From a virus (Duplodnaviria > Caudoviricetes): a stretch of 64,000 nucleotides of DNA. Below the pieces are notes generated by a model. It saw only the letters and a program-made list of their open reading frames with translations, made no database searches and was not told the origin of the DNA. The DNA lies in the IMG/VR virus record IMGVR_UViG_642973577_000001, positions 64,001 to 128,000 of that record; one strand, given 5' to 3'. The translations under genes and the position numbers were made by a program. The first letter of the stretch is position 1, and every line of letters starts with the position of its first letter. This document shows positions 9,299 through 19,782 of the stretch, one piece after another.

Positions 9299-11631
9299 TG
9301 ACGAACCCGGAGAACTTCGACTACCGCGACGATTCGGTCGTCGCCAAGCTGTCGGTCGACATCCCGGCAGCCACGCTCACCGACCTTGACCAGGTACGGG
9401 AACGGGTTGCTGCCATCCGCGTCGAGAACGAGGCAGCCGCTCGGGCGACCGGTGACTGGGCGGGCTACCTGCAGTCGTTCCCGCAGATCATCGAGCAGGC
9501 GAACCAGGCCTACCGCAACATGATCACCCAGATGGAGCGGATGAGCTACATCCAGCAGGAGCTGGGTGGCAGCCAGCCCAACGTCGGTGTGCAGGGCGCA
9601 CCGATGGGTGGCCAGCCTGGCGGTGCTTATTCGACCGCCGCCCCGGCGGGCTACGTCGACCCGTTCATGGGGCTGCCTGGCCAGGGCGCGGGCATGAACA
9701 CCATGGGCGGCATGACCGGCTTCATGCAGTCGATGATGATGAACGACCCGCGCACCTTCGCCAACATGGCGGCGCAGCGTGGCGGCTACGTCAACCCGGC
9801 GCAGCTGGGCCTGATCGGTGGCCAGCTGGCCTCCCAGCGTGGCGTCACGGGCGGCACGGGTGGCGGCATGGGCCAGGGAGCGCCGACCCCCGGCGGCATG
9901 ACCAGCCAGCCGACGTCGACCCATCGCGACTCGAACGCTCCGGGCGACCAGCACCAGAGCGGCCAGCCAACGACCTCGGAGCCGCAGCGCGAACCGACCA
10001 CCCCGCACCCTGACTCTCCGGCCTGGCAGCAGCAGCTGGGCACGGCGGGCGCTACGGCCCTCTCGGTGCTCGCTGAGACCCGTGCGGCCACCGGACGTGG
10101 CGGTAACGCTGGCGGCATCATGGCGGGCGCTGGAGCCATGCTGGGAGCCATCGGACGCATCGGTGGCCACGGTGGTGGCGGCGGAGGCGGTACCGGTGGC
10201 CCTCCGGGCGCTGGAGGCGGCGAGGGAGACGGCGGAAGCGGTGGCGGCTGGGGCAGCATCGCCAAGGGCGCGGGCCTGGCCGGTATGGCGATCGGCGGTG
10301 GCGTCATGGCCAACCGCTTCATCCAGAACGCGGGCGAGCAGATCCAGGCCTACCGCAACCTCGGCGCGCAGACCGGCGGCGGAGCTGTCGAGGGTGCCGG
10401 GTACGAGATCCAGGCCCGGATGATGGCCATGAACCCGTTCATCACCCTGGAGCAGTCGCGCTCGATCATGCAGTCGGCGCTGCGCAACGGCTACACCGGC
10501 CAGGAGTTCGACACGGTGACCGAGATGATGGCCACCAACCTCAAGGACATGAACATGTCCGCTCAGCAGTCGATGGAGATCTTCCGCACGACCGTCGAGA
10601 AGGGCGGCGTCAGCGTCCAGGACTTCTCCAAGGAGATGGAGCACCTCAAGGACCTGACCCGTGTCGACGGCAACGCGATGAGCCAGGACGAGCGCAACGC
10701 GGCCTACGAGGGTACGGCGGGCACGCTGCAGGGGATGGGTCTGCAGGGCCAGTCGCTGACCCAGGCCGTCGAGGGCATCAACGAGGCGTTCAGCGACAAC
10801 CAGCAGCTCAAGAACATCGTGCCCCAGTCGGCCCAGAGCGCGCTGCAGAACCCGGCCTTCCTGTCGACCATGGCCCAGACCAACGGCGTGCGTGGCGTCA
10901 CCAGCCCGACCATGGCCCTGCGCCGCATGCAGGAGCAGGGCATCAGCGTCGACCAGGCCTACTGGAAGACCCTGCAGCGGTACGCCCAGATGGCCTACCA
11001 GGGCACCGGAGGCGACCTCACGCTGGGCGCTGACCGGTTCATGATGATCGTCCAGCCGCTCGGCGTTCAGCTGGGCAGCCCGGACGACTACTACGAGCTG
11101 TACAAGGAGCTGCTCGGCGGAGACGTCGCCACTCGCGGCCACCGTCGTGGCGCGGAGGCCGAGGCCGATCCGGGCACCGCAGGCGAGGTCATGAAGGCGG
11201 GCCTGGCACCGTTCGGCGCGATCGGCGACCTTGCCCAGGCCGGTACCGCCGTCCTGCAGGGCAATCTCGGCCAGGCTTGGAACCAGCTCAAGCAGGCCGG
11301 TAGCGGCATCGCCGCGCCGTTCAAGCAGACGGCCAGGGCGCTCACCAGCGAGGAGGAGATCGTCGCGGACACCCAGCGCCGGTCGGCGGCACCTCAGGCC
11401 ACCGGACCCGAGCGCGCCGAGAACCGCATCCGCACCGAGGGCAACGTCTCGGGCGAGGTGCGCATCACCGTCGACCAGCAGGGCCGCGTCACCGCTCCGC
11501 AGTCGATCCAGCTCACCGGACAGCAGAAGGGCGTCAACGCGGGCGTGGGCAGCCTGACGATGAACAACCCATCGCCGGGTGACCCGAGCTTCCGGCACGC
11601 CAACGGCCCGTTCGCGCAGGGACCTAGCTAA
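9298..11631 (+). CDS. tape measure protein
   Basis: long Gly/Ala/Met/Gln-rich ORF after chaperones; TAATG coupling. Confidence 0.75.
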   Translation: MTNPENFDYRDDSVVAKLSVDIPAATLTDLDQVRERVAAIRVENEAAARATGDWAGYLQSFPQIIEQANQAYRNMITQMERMSYIQQELGGSQPNVGVQGAPMGGQPGGAYSTAAPAGYVDPFMGLPGQGAGMNTMGGMTGFMQSMMMNDPRTFANMAAQRGGYVNPAQLGLIGGQLASQRGVTGGTGGGMGQGAPTPGGMTSQPTSTHRDSNAPGDQHQSGQPTTSEPQREPTTPHPDSPAWQQQLGTAGATALSVLAETRAATGRGGNAGGIMAGAGAMLGAIGRIGGHGGGGGGGTGGPPGAGGGEGDGGSGGGWGSIAKGAGLAGMAIGGGVMANRFIQNAGEQIQAYRNLGAQTGGGAVEGAGYEIQARMMAMNPFITLEQSRSIMQSALRNGYTGQEFDTVTEMMATNLKDMNMSAQQSMEIFRTTVEKGGVSVQDFSKEMEHLKDLTRVDGNAMSQDERNAAYEGTAGTLQGMGLQGQSLTQAVEGINEAFSDNQQLKNIVPQSAQSALQNPAFLSTMAQTNGVRGVTSPTMALRRMQEQGISVDQAYWKTLQRYAQMAYQGTGGDLTLGADRFMMIVQPLGVQLGSPDDYYELYKELLGGDVATRGHRRGAEAEADPGTAGEVMKAGLAPFGAIGDLAQAGTAVLQGNLGQAWNQLKQAGSGIAAPFKQTARALTSEEEIVADTQRRSAAPQATGPERAENRIRTEGNVSGEVRITVDQQGRVTAPQSIQLTGQQKGVNAGVGSLTMNNPSPGDPSFRHANGPFAQGPS

Positions 11632-12353
11632 TGGCAGGCAGGTACAACTTCCCCCAGCAGTCGGCTCCCATGCGGGCCGACGAGCGAGGTATTGCCAGCC
11701 TGACCCACATGGGCCGCACGTTCCGGTTCCGCACCAACCCGAACGAGTTCCGCTGGACCTACACGCTGAACAAGCGCATCGACGCCACCTACGGCGGGCG
11801 GGTCATCCAGCTGCTCGGCACCAAGATCGACGACTTCGCGCTCAAGGCCGACGCGGGCGGCGGTCGCTGGGAGTACGCCAACCGGGCCGCGAAGTTCATG
11901 CGCGACGTCATGGTGGCTCAGCGCAACGGCATCCCGGCCACGTTCGAGTACACCAAGCGCGGCTGGAAGCTCAACTGCTACGTCGTCAGCGTCCCCTTCC
12001 AGGACAGCGTGCAGGAGGTCCTGCGCGAGTTCGAGATCCAGTTCAAGGTCCAGGAGGACATCTCCGGCCTGCTGAGCAAGAACAGCCTGGACCGCGAGCT
12101 GCGTCGGCTGGCCGACGGTGTGGGCTTCCAGCGGTCCAAGTACAACGACCCGCTCAAGGGCGGTCAGCAGATGGGCGACGTCCTCGGCGACCTGCAGGGC
12201 GCGATCCCGCTGGAGCAGCTCCAGAGCGGCATCGTCGGCCTGGACAGTCTCGACGGGCGAGGCATCTATCTGCCGGAGGCCGACCGCCGTCCCGGCGGCA
12301 ACATCATCAATCTCCCCGGCGTCACCAACGCGCCGCCGACCCCAGGAAGGTGA
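11631..12353 (+). CDS. baseplate / tube initiator protein (putative)
   Basis: FRTNPNEF motif, follows tape measure. Confidence 0.55.
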   Translation: MAGRYNFPQQSAPMRADERGIASLTHMGRTFRFRTNPNEFRWTYTLNKRIDATYGGRVIQLLGTKIDDFALKADAGGGRWEYANRAAKFMRDVMVAQRNGIPATFEYTKRGWKLNCYVVSVPFQDSVQEVLREFEIQFKVQEDISGLLSKNSLDRELRRLADGVGFQRSKYNDPLKGGQQMGDVLGDLQGAIPLEQLQSGIVGLDSLDGRGIYLPEADRRPGGNIINLPGVTNAPPTPGR

Positions 12354-12356
12354 CCC

Positions 12357-12524
12357 ATGGCCGATTACGTCAGCAACACCCCGATCAGCCGCCCGCGCCG
12401 CATGCCGTGGGAGGTGCACTGGGACTGCAACGGCATGGTCTGGAACAACGACTACGGATTCTTCTTCAACGCGGTTGACCAGATGGAGCCGCTGGAGCGT
12501 CCAGCAAAGATCCGGGGGCAGTAG
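12357..12524 (+). CDS. small hypothetical tail-region protein (55 aa)
   Basis: MADYVSNTPISRPRAMPWEVHW...; AGGAAGG SD; fills gap, TAGTG coupling. Confidence 0.65.
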   Translation: MADYVSNTPISRPRRMPWEVHWDCNGMVWNNDYGFFFNAVDQMEPLERPAKIRGQ

Positions 12525-13117
12525 TGAGCCACCTGTACATCACCGACTACAAGAACCGCGAGTTCAAGATGAACGTCACGCAGTTCCGGTCGCCCATGCA
12601 GGCGCAGATCAACAGCGTCCAGACCCGCACGCTGCTCGCGCACTTCCCGATCCGTTCGGGACAGCCCGACATCAACTTCACGGTCCAGTACGCCTCACTC
12701 GACGACAAGCACGCCTTCGAGGGGTTCGTGCGCGAGCACCACATCAGCACCCGCGAGGACGACAACACCGAGGTCACCCTGTGGTGGCCCGAGCGCAACA
12801 TCCTCAACTGGACCGGGCACATCATGACCTACACCGTCACCGATAAGCGGTTCGAGATCGCGCCGTCGGCCACCTTCGGCGTGCAGCTGGTCAAGTCGCT
12901 GATGAGCGAGAAGACCACCCTGGCCAGCCGTGGTGCTGACTGGCGCAAGATCCTCGGCCCGCAGCTCAACCCGTATCGGGGCTACGACGACCTGCCGCTG
13001 ATTCTGCCGATCTTCGGCAACCAGCAGCAGCCGGTCAACCCCGAGGACACCACCCTTGAACCGCCTGGTCCACCGGCACCGCAGTCGCCGATCGCACCTC
13101 CGGCGGTGGGCCGATGA
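12524..13117 (+). CDS. minor tail / baseplate protein
   Basis: 197 aa coupled ORF in tail operon. Confidence 0.55.
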   Translation: MSHLYITDYKNREFKMNVTQFRSPMQAQINSVQTRTLLAHFPIRSGQPDINFTVQYASLDDKHAFEGFVREHHISTREDDNTEVTLWWPERNILNWTGHIMTYTVTDKRFEIAPSATFGVQLVKSLMSEKTTLASRGADWRKILGPQLNPYRGYDDLPLILPIFGNQQQPVNPEDTTLEPPGPPAPQSPIAPPAVGR

Positions 13118-16005
13118 CCACACCGAACGTCCCCACCGGCAACGTCACCCCGCCCGGTCCGCAGCCTGGCACCGGCTACAGCCAGACCACGCCCGACCAG
13201 GAGCAGGGCGTCGACAACTACTACCTGACCGACGTCGGCGGCAAGGAGCCGCCACCAATGGAGACCCTGGTCTACACGCCACGGGTCCGCATCATCATCT
13301 CTCGCGACAACAAGCAGTACGACGTGAGCGAGGACGTCGTGGCGGTGTCGATCAACCGGGTGGAGAACTCGGTCAGCTCGGCGGCGTTCCGGCTGATCAA
13401 CAAGCCGGAGGACCAGTACGACGAGAACCACCGGCAGGGCCGCTACACTCCGCTGTTCGCGCCGATGGACCGCGTGGCCATCTTCATGAAGCGCACCGAG
13501 TGGGTGCAGGTGTTCTCCGGCTACCTGGACTCGGTGGCGCTGGCCCAGCTCTACCCCGGCACCGTTGACTTCAAGGCCAGCTGCACCCTCAAGCGGTTGC
13601 TGCACACCTGGTGGGACCCCGGCCTGCCCGACTCGGCCAAGCTGTTCGACCAGTTCGCCAACGACGTCAACGAGGCCGACGGCCAGGAGAGCCAGCTCGA
13701 CAAGGGCCTCGGCTCGACGCTGCGCCGGTTGCTGATCGAGGTCGGCAACATGGACAGCTCGCAGATCCACATCCAGCGGTTCCCGATGGGCTACCTCAAC
13801 TTCATGCGCCAGCAGCTGGAGAAGCTGCAGAGCAGCGAGAAGTCCTACATGGAGTTCCGGCGGATGCTGCTCGGCGACGACACCTCCGGCGGTGTCGGCG
13901 CGGCAGCCGGTCGCCAGCTCGGCGTCACCAAGGGCGCGTACAACGTCGACCAGGCTGGCCGCAAGCTGGAGGTCATCCGGGCGGTCGACGAGATGGGCAT
14001 GGGACCCGACCTGCGCAACATCGGCCTGGGCCAGGGCCTGGGTACGACCTCCGGCGCGGGCAAGGACCTGGAGGACCAGGAAGCCTGGAAGCTGCAGCAG
14101 GAACTCGGTCGCAACTACACCGAGGCCGCGCAGAAGAACGACGCCGCTGTGCACTGCTTCATGACGATCATGGCCGAGTCGAGCTGGATCATGTACGCCA
14201 ACACCGCCGTGCCCGAGTCGCTGAACTTCCCGCACGAGGCCGTCGGCCACGACCACGACTCGGTGGGCCTGTTCCAGCAGCGCCAGACCTGGGGCACCAT
14301 CGACCAGCGCATGAACCCCCGCGAGTCGGCGGGCATGTTCCTCAACGAGTTGAAGAAGCATGACTGGCGCAACATGCCTCGCCCTGCCGCCTGCCAGGCC
14401 GTGCAGCGGTCGGCGTTCTCCGACGGCAGCAACTACGCCGTGCACGAGGCCGTGGCCATGGAAGAGGTCCGGGCGCTGCGCACCTCCGGCGCGGCACCGT
14501 CGCCCGGTGGCCAGCAGTCCACCATCTCCCCGGTCGGCACCGCGCCGCCTCCGATCACCGCTGGCGTGCCTGGCTCCACCGGCATCCCCGGCATCCCGAC
14601 CGTCAACGGCCAGGCCTCCACGCAGGGAGCCAACCAGGCGCTGAACCGTCCGCAGTACGACCTCGCCGAGGCCGTGCAGTTCGGCATGATGCAGCAGGGC
14701 AAGCCCTACCAGTGGGGAGCCAAGGGACCCAACAGCTACGACTGCTCCGGCTTCACGCGGGCCTGCTACCGCTACATCGGCCTCAACATCGGCGACGACA
14801 CCTACAGCCAGGTCGCCAGCGGCACCAAGATCACCATGGCCCAGGCCAAGCCGGGAGACCTGCTCTTCCCCGCCGGTCACGGCCACGTCGTGATGTACCT
14901 CGGCGGCAACCAGATCCTGCACGCGCCGCAGACCGGCGACGTCGTGAAGGTGGCCAACCTGTACTTCACCCCGGCCACGGTGTGCACCTACCCGCCAGCG
15001 ACCTACTCCGGCCCGTCGCCGATCCCGTACGACCCCACACGGGCCGCGCAGGCGTCCAACGGCGGCTCCGACGGCGGCGTGGTACCTGGCACGGCGGCGC
15101 AGGGTACAAACGGTGGTACATACCAGACCGGCTCCAGCGAGCCGATCGCCCGCAACCTGTTCAGCTACATGTTCGAGCCAGGTCGCTTCCAGAGCGGCAT
15201 CTCGGCCCTGTTCGGCATGGACGAGGGCCAGACCGAGAAGGCATTCATCAACGACGAGCCGCTGATTCAGTCGGTCATGTCGATCGCCCGCGCTGGCCTG
15301 CGCAACGTCCAGTCGATGCCTGACGGCAGCTTCGCCGCCTACTACCCGGACTACTTCGGCCTGGACGGCAAAGACGCGATTCTCGACCTTGAAGACATCG
15401 AGATGAAGAACGTCAACATCAACTGGAACGACGACGCGCTGGCAACCCACGTCTACGTCGCCGGTACGGCCAACCCGACCGGCGGTTCGATGGGTCTGCC
15501 TGGCTGGCTGATGACCAAGGGTGTCGCGACCGTCGAGAACGAGTGGCTGTTCCGCCGGATGACCGCTGCCGCCCCGGCGGTCAAGGGCGCAGAGATGCGC
15601 AACGGCAAGGAGATCATGAAGCGGTTCGGCATGCGACCGCTGGTCCAGGACATGCCGAACCTGTTCAACGGCGAGATGGAGTTCCTGATGGCGCTCCAGA
15701 TCTTCATGACCAAGTGGGCTGAGCAGTACTCCACCCAGGTCGAGTTCACGTTCATGCCCGAGCTGTATCCGGGCATGCGCATCAACCTGGTGGGCCACAA
15801 CCTGCAGGTCTACGTCGCTGCGGTGACCCACTCGGGCGACTGGGAGAATGGGTTCACCACCAGCGCGACGATCATGGCACCGAGCAACCCGAACATCCAC
15901 CGCATCGCCCAGAAGATCGACAGCGACCTGCAGTTCGGTACCCACTGGGACCAGCGTGACATCGACGGCAAGCCAATGCCCAGCGACTACTCCTGGATGT
16001 ACTGA
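13114..16005 (+). CDS. baseplate hub with lysozyme-like and NlpC/P60 domains
   Basis: AESS..DHDSVGLFQQR lysozyme-like motif; PYQWGAKGPNSYDCSG..GHVVMYLG NlpC/P60 motif. Confidence 0.85.
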   Translation: MTTPNVPTGNVTPPGPQPGTGYSQTTPDQEQGVDNYYLTDVGGKEPPPMETLVYTPRVRIIISRDNKQYDVSEDVVAVSINRVENSVSSAAFRLINKPEDQYDENHRQGRYTPLFAPMDRVAIFMKRTEWVQVFSGYLDSVALAQLYPGTVDFKASCTLKRLLHTWWDPGLPDSAKLFDQFANDVNEADGQESQLDKGLGSTLRRLLIEVGNMDSSQIHIQRFPMGYLNFMRQQLEKLQSSEKSYMEFRRMLLGDDTSGGVGAAAGRQLGVTKGAYNVDQAGRKLEVIRAVDEMGMGPDLRNIGLGQGLGTTSGAGKDLEDQEAWKLQQELGRNYTEAAQKNDAAVHCFMTIMAESSWIMYANTAVPESLNFPHEAVGHDHDSVGLFQQRQTWGTIDQRMNPRESAGMFLNELKKHDWRNMPRPAACQAVQRSAFSDGSNYAVHEAVAMEEVRALRTSGAAPSPGGQQSTISPVGTAPPPITAGVPGSTGIPGIPTVNGQASTQGANQALNRPQYDLAEAVQFGMMQQGKPYQWGAKGPNSYDCSGFTRACYRYIGLNIGDDTYSQVASGTKITMAQAKPGDLLFPAGHGHVVMYLGGNQILHAPQTGDVVKVANLYFTPATVCTYPPATYSGPSPIPYDPTRAAQASNGGSDGGVVPGTAAQGTNGGTYQTGSSEPIARNLFSYMFEPGRFQSGISALFGMDEGQTEKAFINDEPLIQSVMSIARAGLRNVQSMPDGSFAAYYPDYFGLDGKDAILDLEDIEMKNVNINWNDDALATHVYVAGTANPTGGSMGLPGWLMTKGVATVENEWLFRRMTAAAPAVKGAEMRNGKEIMKRFGMRPLVQDMPNLFNGEMEFLMALQIFMTKWAEQYSTQVEFTFMPELYPGMRINLVGHNLQVYVAAVTHSGDWENGFTTSATIMAPSNPNIHRIAQKIDSDLQFGTHWDQRDIDGKPMPSDYSWMY

Positions 16006-16964
16006 TGAGCGTGAGCTACACGAGGCACTCGGTCGGCGACGTCGACCGCCAGGCCGTCGCGATCCAGTCGGTGAACCTGGACAAGCGCGAGGCCATGGTG
16101 CTGACCCGTGCGCAAACCATGATCAAGGTCGACTGCAGCTACGCCGTCGGCGAGAGCTTCATTACCCCGGCGGTCGGCGAGCAGTGGTACATCGAGCGGT
16201 ACGAATCCACCTGGAAGCTGCAGACCCGCATCCCGTTCAACGACGAGACGCTGCTCATCGAGCCGGAGGAGGGCCAGGTCTCGGTCGGCAGCGACAAGGG
16301 TCCGCTGGAGCTGAACGGCACCGAGCTACGCGCACACGGCCCGGTGATCATCGACGGCGGCAAGGTCCTGCAGTTCGGCACCGGCCACGCCTACCGCGAC
16401 AACAACGGCACCCTGGAGCACCGCTCTTCGACCGCTGACGACGACGACCCGTGGCTGCCGGTCTTCCCCGGCGTCGACATCCCCGAGGTGCCGGTGCTCA
16501 GCGTGGCCGGTCGCACGGGCGACGTCGTGATCGTGGCCAACGACATCAGCAACGCCACGGCGGCGGGCAAGCAGGTCTTGCAGATCGCCAGCCTGACCGC
16601 GCTGCGCACCGCGCTGGCCATCCCTTACCCGATCCACTACGCCCAGACGTTCATCACCCGCGCCGTCGGCTACGGCGAGAACACCATGGGCCTGCGCATC
16701 CAGGACGCCTGCACGATCAACTCCATCACCTGGCGCTGCGGCACCGCTGGCGTCGGCGGCAACATGAGCGTGGAGCTGCGCAAGAACGGCGCGCTGGTCA
16801 CCGGTACCCAGACCGCGATTACGCCCGCCCAGCAGGCCTCTGCGCTGACCGTGACCGGTTCCTGGTCCTTCGCCGCAGGCGACCTGCTCCAGGTCTACGT
16901 CAGCCAGGTCAGCCCGACCCCTGGCGTGGGCCTGGTCGCCGACATGCGGGCGGTGCTGAACTAG
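16005..16964 (+). CDS. baseplate spike / minor tail protein
   Basis: follows hub; PAVGEQWYIE OB-like N-terminus, VLSVAGRTGDV fibre motif. Confidence 0.6.
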   Translation: MSVSYTRHSVGDVDRQAVAIQSVNLDKREAMVLTRAQTMIKVDCSYAVGESFITPAVGEQWYIERYESTWKLQTRIPFNDETLLIEPEEGQVSVGSDKGPLELNGTELRAHGPVIIDGGKVLQFGTGHAYRDNNGTLEHRSSTADDDDPWLPVFPGVDIPEVPVLSVAGRTGDVVIVANDISNATAAGKQVLQIASLTALRTALAIPYPIHYAQTFITRAVGYGENTMGLRIQDACTINSITWRCGTAGVGGNMSVELRKNGALVTGTQTAITPAQQASALTVTGSWSFAAGDLLQVYVSQVSPTPGVGLVADMRAVLN

Positions 16965-17575
16965 TGCCCCTTATCGTCCCCCAGTTCCGGGGCTACCTCC
17001 CGGCCATCGAGCAGATCTGGGCTGCCCCTGGCAGCTACACGTTCGATCTTGACATCAGGCACCGCTTTGTCGACCTGGTGGGCATTGGTGGTGGCTCCGG
17101 CGGCAACGGTGGTGACGGTGGCGCGGGCCGCGCCGGTACCGGTGGCGTGGCTGCAGCGTGGGGCAACCTGCGTCTGACCCGAGGCACCGACATCCCCTGG
17201 ACGGCCACCCAGGTCCAGGTCGTCGTCGGCGTCAAGGGCGCGGGCGCACCCAAGGAGCAGCAGGGCCGCGCTGGCACGGCCACCACGTTCACCATCGGCG
17301 GCGTCGTGGTGCTCACCTGCCCCGCAGCGGCCAGGCCGACTCCGCAGTACCAGGGCCGCTACGACGGCCAGTCTCCGGGCGACTACACCTACCCGCTGAC
17401 CGGCACCGTGTTCGCCGGAGGCATCGGCGGTGGCGGTGGTGCCCGCGACGGCAACGGCGCGCACGCGACCGGCGTGGGAGCTGGCGGCGGTGCTGGCAAC
17501 GGCGGTATCTACACCGTGGCCTGGGAGGGCGGAGACGGCTCAGGCGGCGGAGCCTGGGTGAGGGGGTCCCAGTGA
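16964..17575 (+). CDS. glycine-rich minor tail protein
   Basis: GTG overlapping TAG; GGGSGG/GAGGG repeats typical of actinophage receptor-binding proteins. Confidence 0.7.
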   Translation: MPLIVPQFRGYLPAIEQIWAAPGSYTFDLDIRHRFVDLVGIGGGSGGNGGDGGAGRAGTGGVAAAWGNLRLTRGTDIPWTATQVQVVVGVKGAGAPKEQQGRAGTATTFTIGGVVVLTCPAAARPTPQYQGRYDGQSPGDYTYPLTGTVFAGGIGGGGGARDGNGAHATGVGAGGGAGNGGIYTVAWEGGDGSGGGAWVRGSQ

Positions 17576-17597
17576 CCAGAAGAGAAGAGGAGGACCG

Positions 17598-18020
17598 ATG
17601 AGTTTCAGTCTGGCGCTCGCCGACGGCGACCTGGTGCAGAAGGGCGACCAGCTCGACCTCGTGTTCGGCGTGGACAAGCTCAACCAGGACGTCTACCTCT
17701 GGCTGATGGAACGGTACGGCGGCGACCGGTTCCACGTCACCATGGGCAGCATCCTCCAGGAGTTCATCGGCGGCATCGTGAGCGGCTCCACGCGGGCCGA
17801 GGTCGAGTCCGAGGTCCTGCGCGTTCTGCAGAACTACCAGGCCGTCCAGCTGCGCGGCATCAAGGAGAATCCGCAGCTCTACAGCACGAGCGAGCTGCTG
17901 GTGTCGATCGACGACATCCAGGCCCGCATGAACTACGACACGGTGAACGTCACCGCGAGGCTGCGCAACGGGTCGGGCAACACCGCCACGATCCGCGTGG
18001 CCTCGTCCATCCAGCAGTAG
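17598..18020 (+). CDS. baseplate wedge protein (gp25-like)
   Basis: LALADGDLV..GDRFHVTMGS motif, precedes baseplate J. Confidence 0.75.
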   Translation: MSFSLALADGDLVQKGDQLDLVFGVDKLNQDVYLWLMERYGGDRFHVTMGSILQEFIGGIVSGSTRAEVESEVLRVLQNYQAVQLRGIKENPQLYSTSELLVSIDDIQARMNYDTVNVTARLRNGSGNTATIRVASSIQQ

Positions 18021-18030
18021 GAGACGCCAA

Positions 18031-19773
18031 GTGGCAAAGACACCAGACGAGATCTCCAAGGAGATGCTCGCCAAGCTCCGCGTGACCATCCCAGGCATGT
18101 CGTTCGAGCTGGGCACCCCCGAGCGCAAGATCATCGACGCCGTGGCCGAGTCCATCAGCGAGGCCTACGTCGACCAGTACCTTGTCGGCTCTCTGCTGGA
18201 CATCGAGTCCAAGGCCGGTCTGGAGCTGGAGCAGTGGGTCGGCATCTTCGGGTTCGGTCGGCTGCAGGGACGGCAGGCGTCGGGTGTGGTCCGCGTCGAG
18301 CTGGCGAATGCAAACGCCCAGGACATCCCGATCGCCCAGGGCACCCAGTTCTACACCCGCCAGGGCCTCCCAGGCAGCACAGGGCAGCTCTTCTTCTCCG
18401 CCACCCAGGCCGTGGTCATCCCCGCCGGTAGCTACGTCGCCGACGTGCCGATCCAGTGCACCGTCGTGGGCAGCGCGGGCAACGTGCCGCCCGACAGCAT
18501 CGTCTACCTCGGCTCGATCATCGGTGCCACGTCGGTCACCAACCTCACCGCCCTGACCGGCGGTGTAGACGTCGAGACCGACGCCGAACTGCGCCAGCGG
18601 TTCAAGGACACCTTCATGCGCAACATCGCGGGCACCGAGGACTGGTACCTGGGACTGGCGTACCAGAACAAGAACGTCAGCCGCGCCGCCTGCTTCGGCC
18701 CGATCCGCAAGTACGTCACCCAGATCGCCGTCCCGGACACCACGCTCAACCTGCCGGTGACCAACGACGTCAAGTACGCCTGGCCCAAGGGCGAGACGGT
18801 GTTCAAGAACCTCGGCCAGGAGGACGAGAAGTTCTACCGTCCGTTCGACGACTACACCTTCACCGCCGGAGCATCGCCGCAGATCACCCGCGTGGCCACC
18901 GGAGCCATGGTGGTCGGCGACATCGTGGACGTCGAGTTCGAGTACACGACCCGCTCCAGCCGCAACAACCCGCAGGCGGGCATCACCAACAAGGTCGACC
19001 TGTACGTCAACGGCCAGGACCCGTACACGATCACCGAGCGCACCGTCGTCTCGGCGCAGACGCTCTCGTCCAACTCCAGCGACGAGCTGTGGACCGGCAA
19101 CTTCGCCCGCGTCGGCACCGCCGGTACGCCGTCGGCCAGCAACCGGTTCATGCGCCTGGGCAGCGTGCCGATCCTGACCTTCCCGTCGTCGATCGTCGTC
19201 GGCGCGACCAACTACCAGCAGGGCGTGCACTACCACATCCTGCGCGGCACCACCCTGGAGGCGGGCAGCCCTCGCGAGGTCGCCGGTATCGAGTGGCTGC
19301 CAGCTGGCCCGTCCTCTGGCACTCCGCTGACGCTTACTTACGTCTACAACAGGGTTCCCGAGGTCCTCAACGCCGTCGTCAAGCAGGGCAAGCAGATCAC
19401 GACCGACGTGCTGGTGCACCAGGCCGGATACGCCTACCTGCGGATCTACCTGTCGATCGAGTTCGATCGCGGCTTCGTGGTCACCCAGGTCACCAACGCG
19501 ATCCAGACCCGACTGCGCGAGTACTTCGCCAGCCTGCCGTTCGGCTCGTGGATCGAGCTGAGCGACCTCAACCTGGCGGTCCACCAGGTGCTCGGCGTCG
19601 ACAACGTGAACATCACGACCAGCGCCGAGAACGGCAGCAACTACGGCATCAAGGTGTTCGGCAACTCCACCGACGTCGTGCCGTCGTCGATCCAGACGGC
19701 TGACTTCAAGCTCAGCGACAACACGCTGCCGGTCTTCATGGAGGCCGTCATCTTGCGCAAGGCGAACAGGTAG
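18031..19773 (+). CDS. baseplate J-like protein
   Basis: GSAGNV..TGGVDVETDAELRQR signature. Confidence 0.9.
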   Translation: MAKTPDEISKEMLAKLRVTIPGMSFELGTPERKIIDAVAESISEAYVDQYLVGSLLDIESKAGLELEQWVGIFGFGRLQGRQASGVVRVELANANAQDIPIAQGTQFYTRQGLPGSTGQLFFSATQAVVIPAGSYVADVPIQCTVVGSAGNVPPDSIVYLGSIIGATSVTNLTALTGGVDVETDAELRQRFKDTFMRNIAGTEDWYLGLAYQNKNVSRAACFGPIRKYVTQIAVPDTTLNLPVTNDVKYAWPKGETVFKNLGQEDEKFYRPFDDYTFTAGASPQITRVATGAMVVGDIVDVEFEYTTRSSRNNPQAGITNKVDLYVNGQDPYTITERTVVSAQTLSSNSSDELWTGNFARVGTAGTPSASNRFMRLGSVPILTFPSSIVVGATNYQQGVHYHILRGTTLEAGSPREVAGIEWLPAGPSSGTPLTLTYVYNRVPEVLNAVVKQGKQITTDVLVHQAGYAYLRIYLSIEFDRGFVVTQVTNAIQTRLREYFASLPFGSWIELSDLNLAVHQVLGVDNVNITTSAENGSNYGIKVFGNSTDVVPSSIQTADFKLSDNTLPVFMEAVILRKANR

Positions 19774-19782
19774 GTCTGACCC

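Noticed and set aside
10170-10255. GGC/GGT repeats in tape measure and 17090-17550
   Set aside because: Explained by glycine-rich coding
15-17600. Purine-rich late promoter motif (TAGTAGAG, AGAAGAG, ACATAGAG) before structural genes
   Set aside because: Too variable to separate from Shine-Dalgarno context by eye
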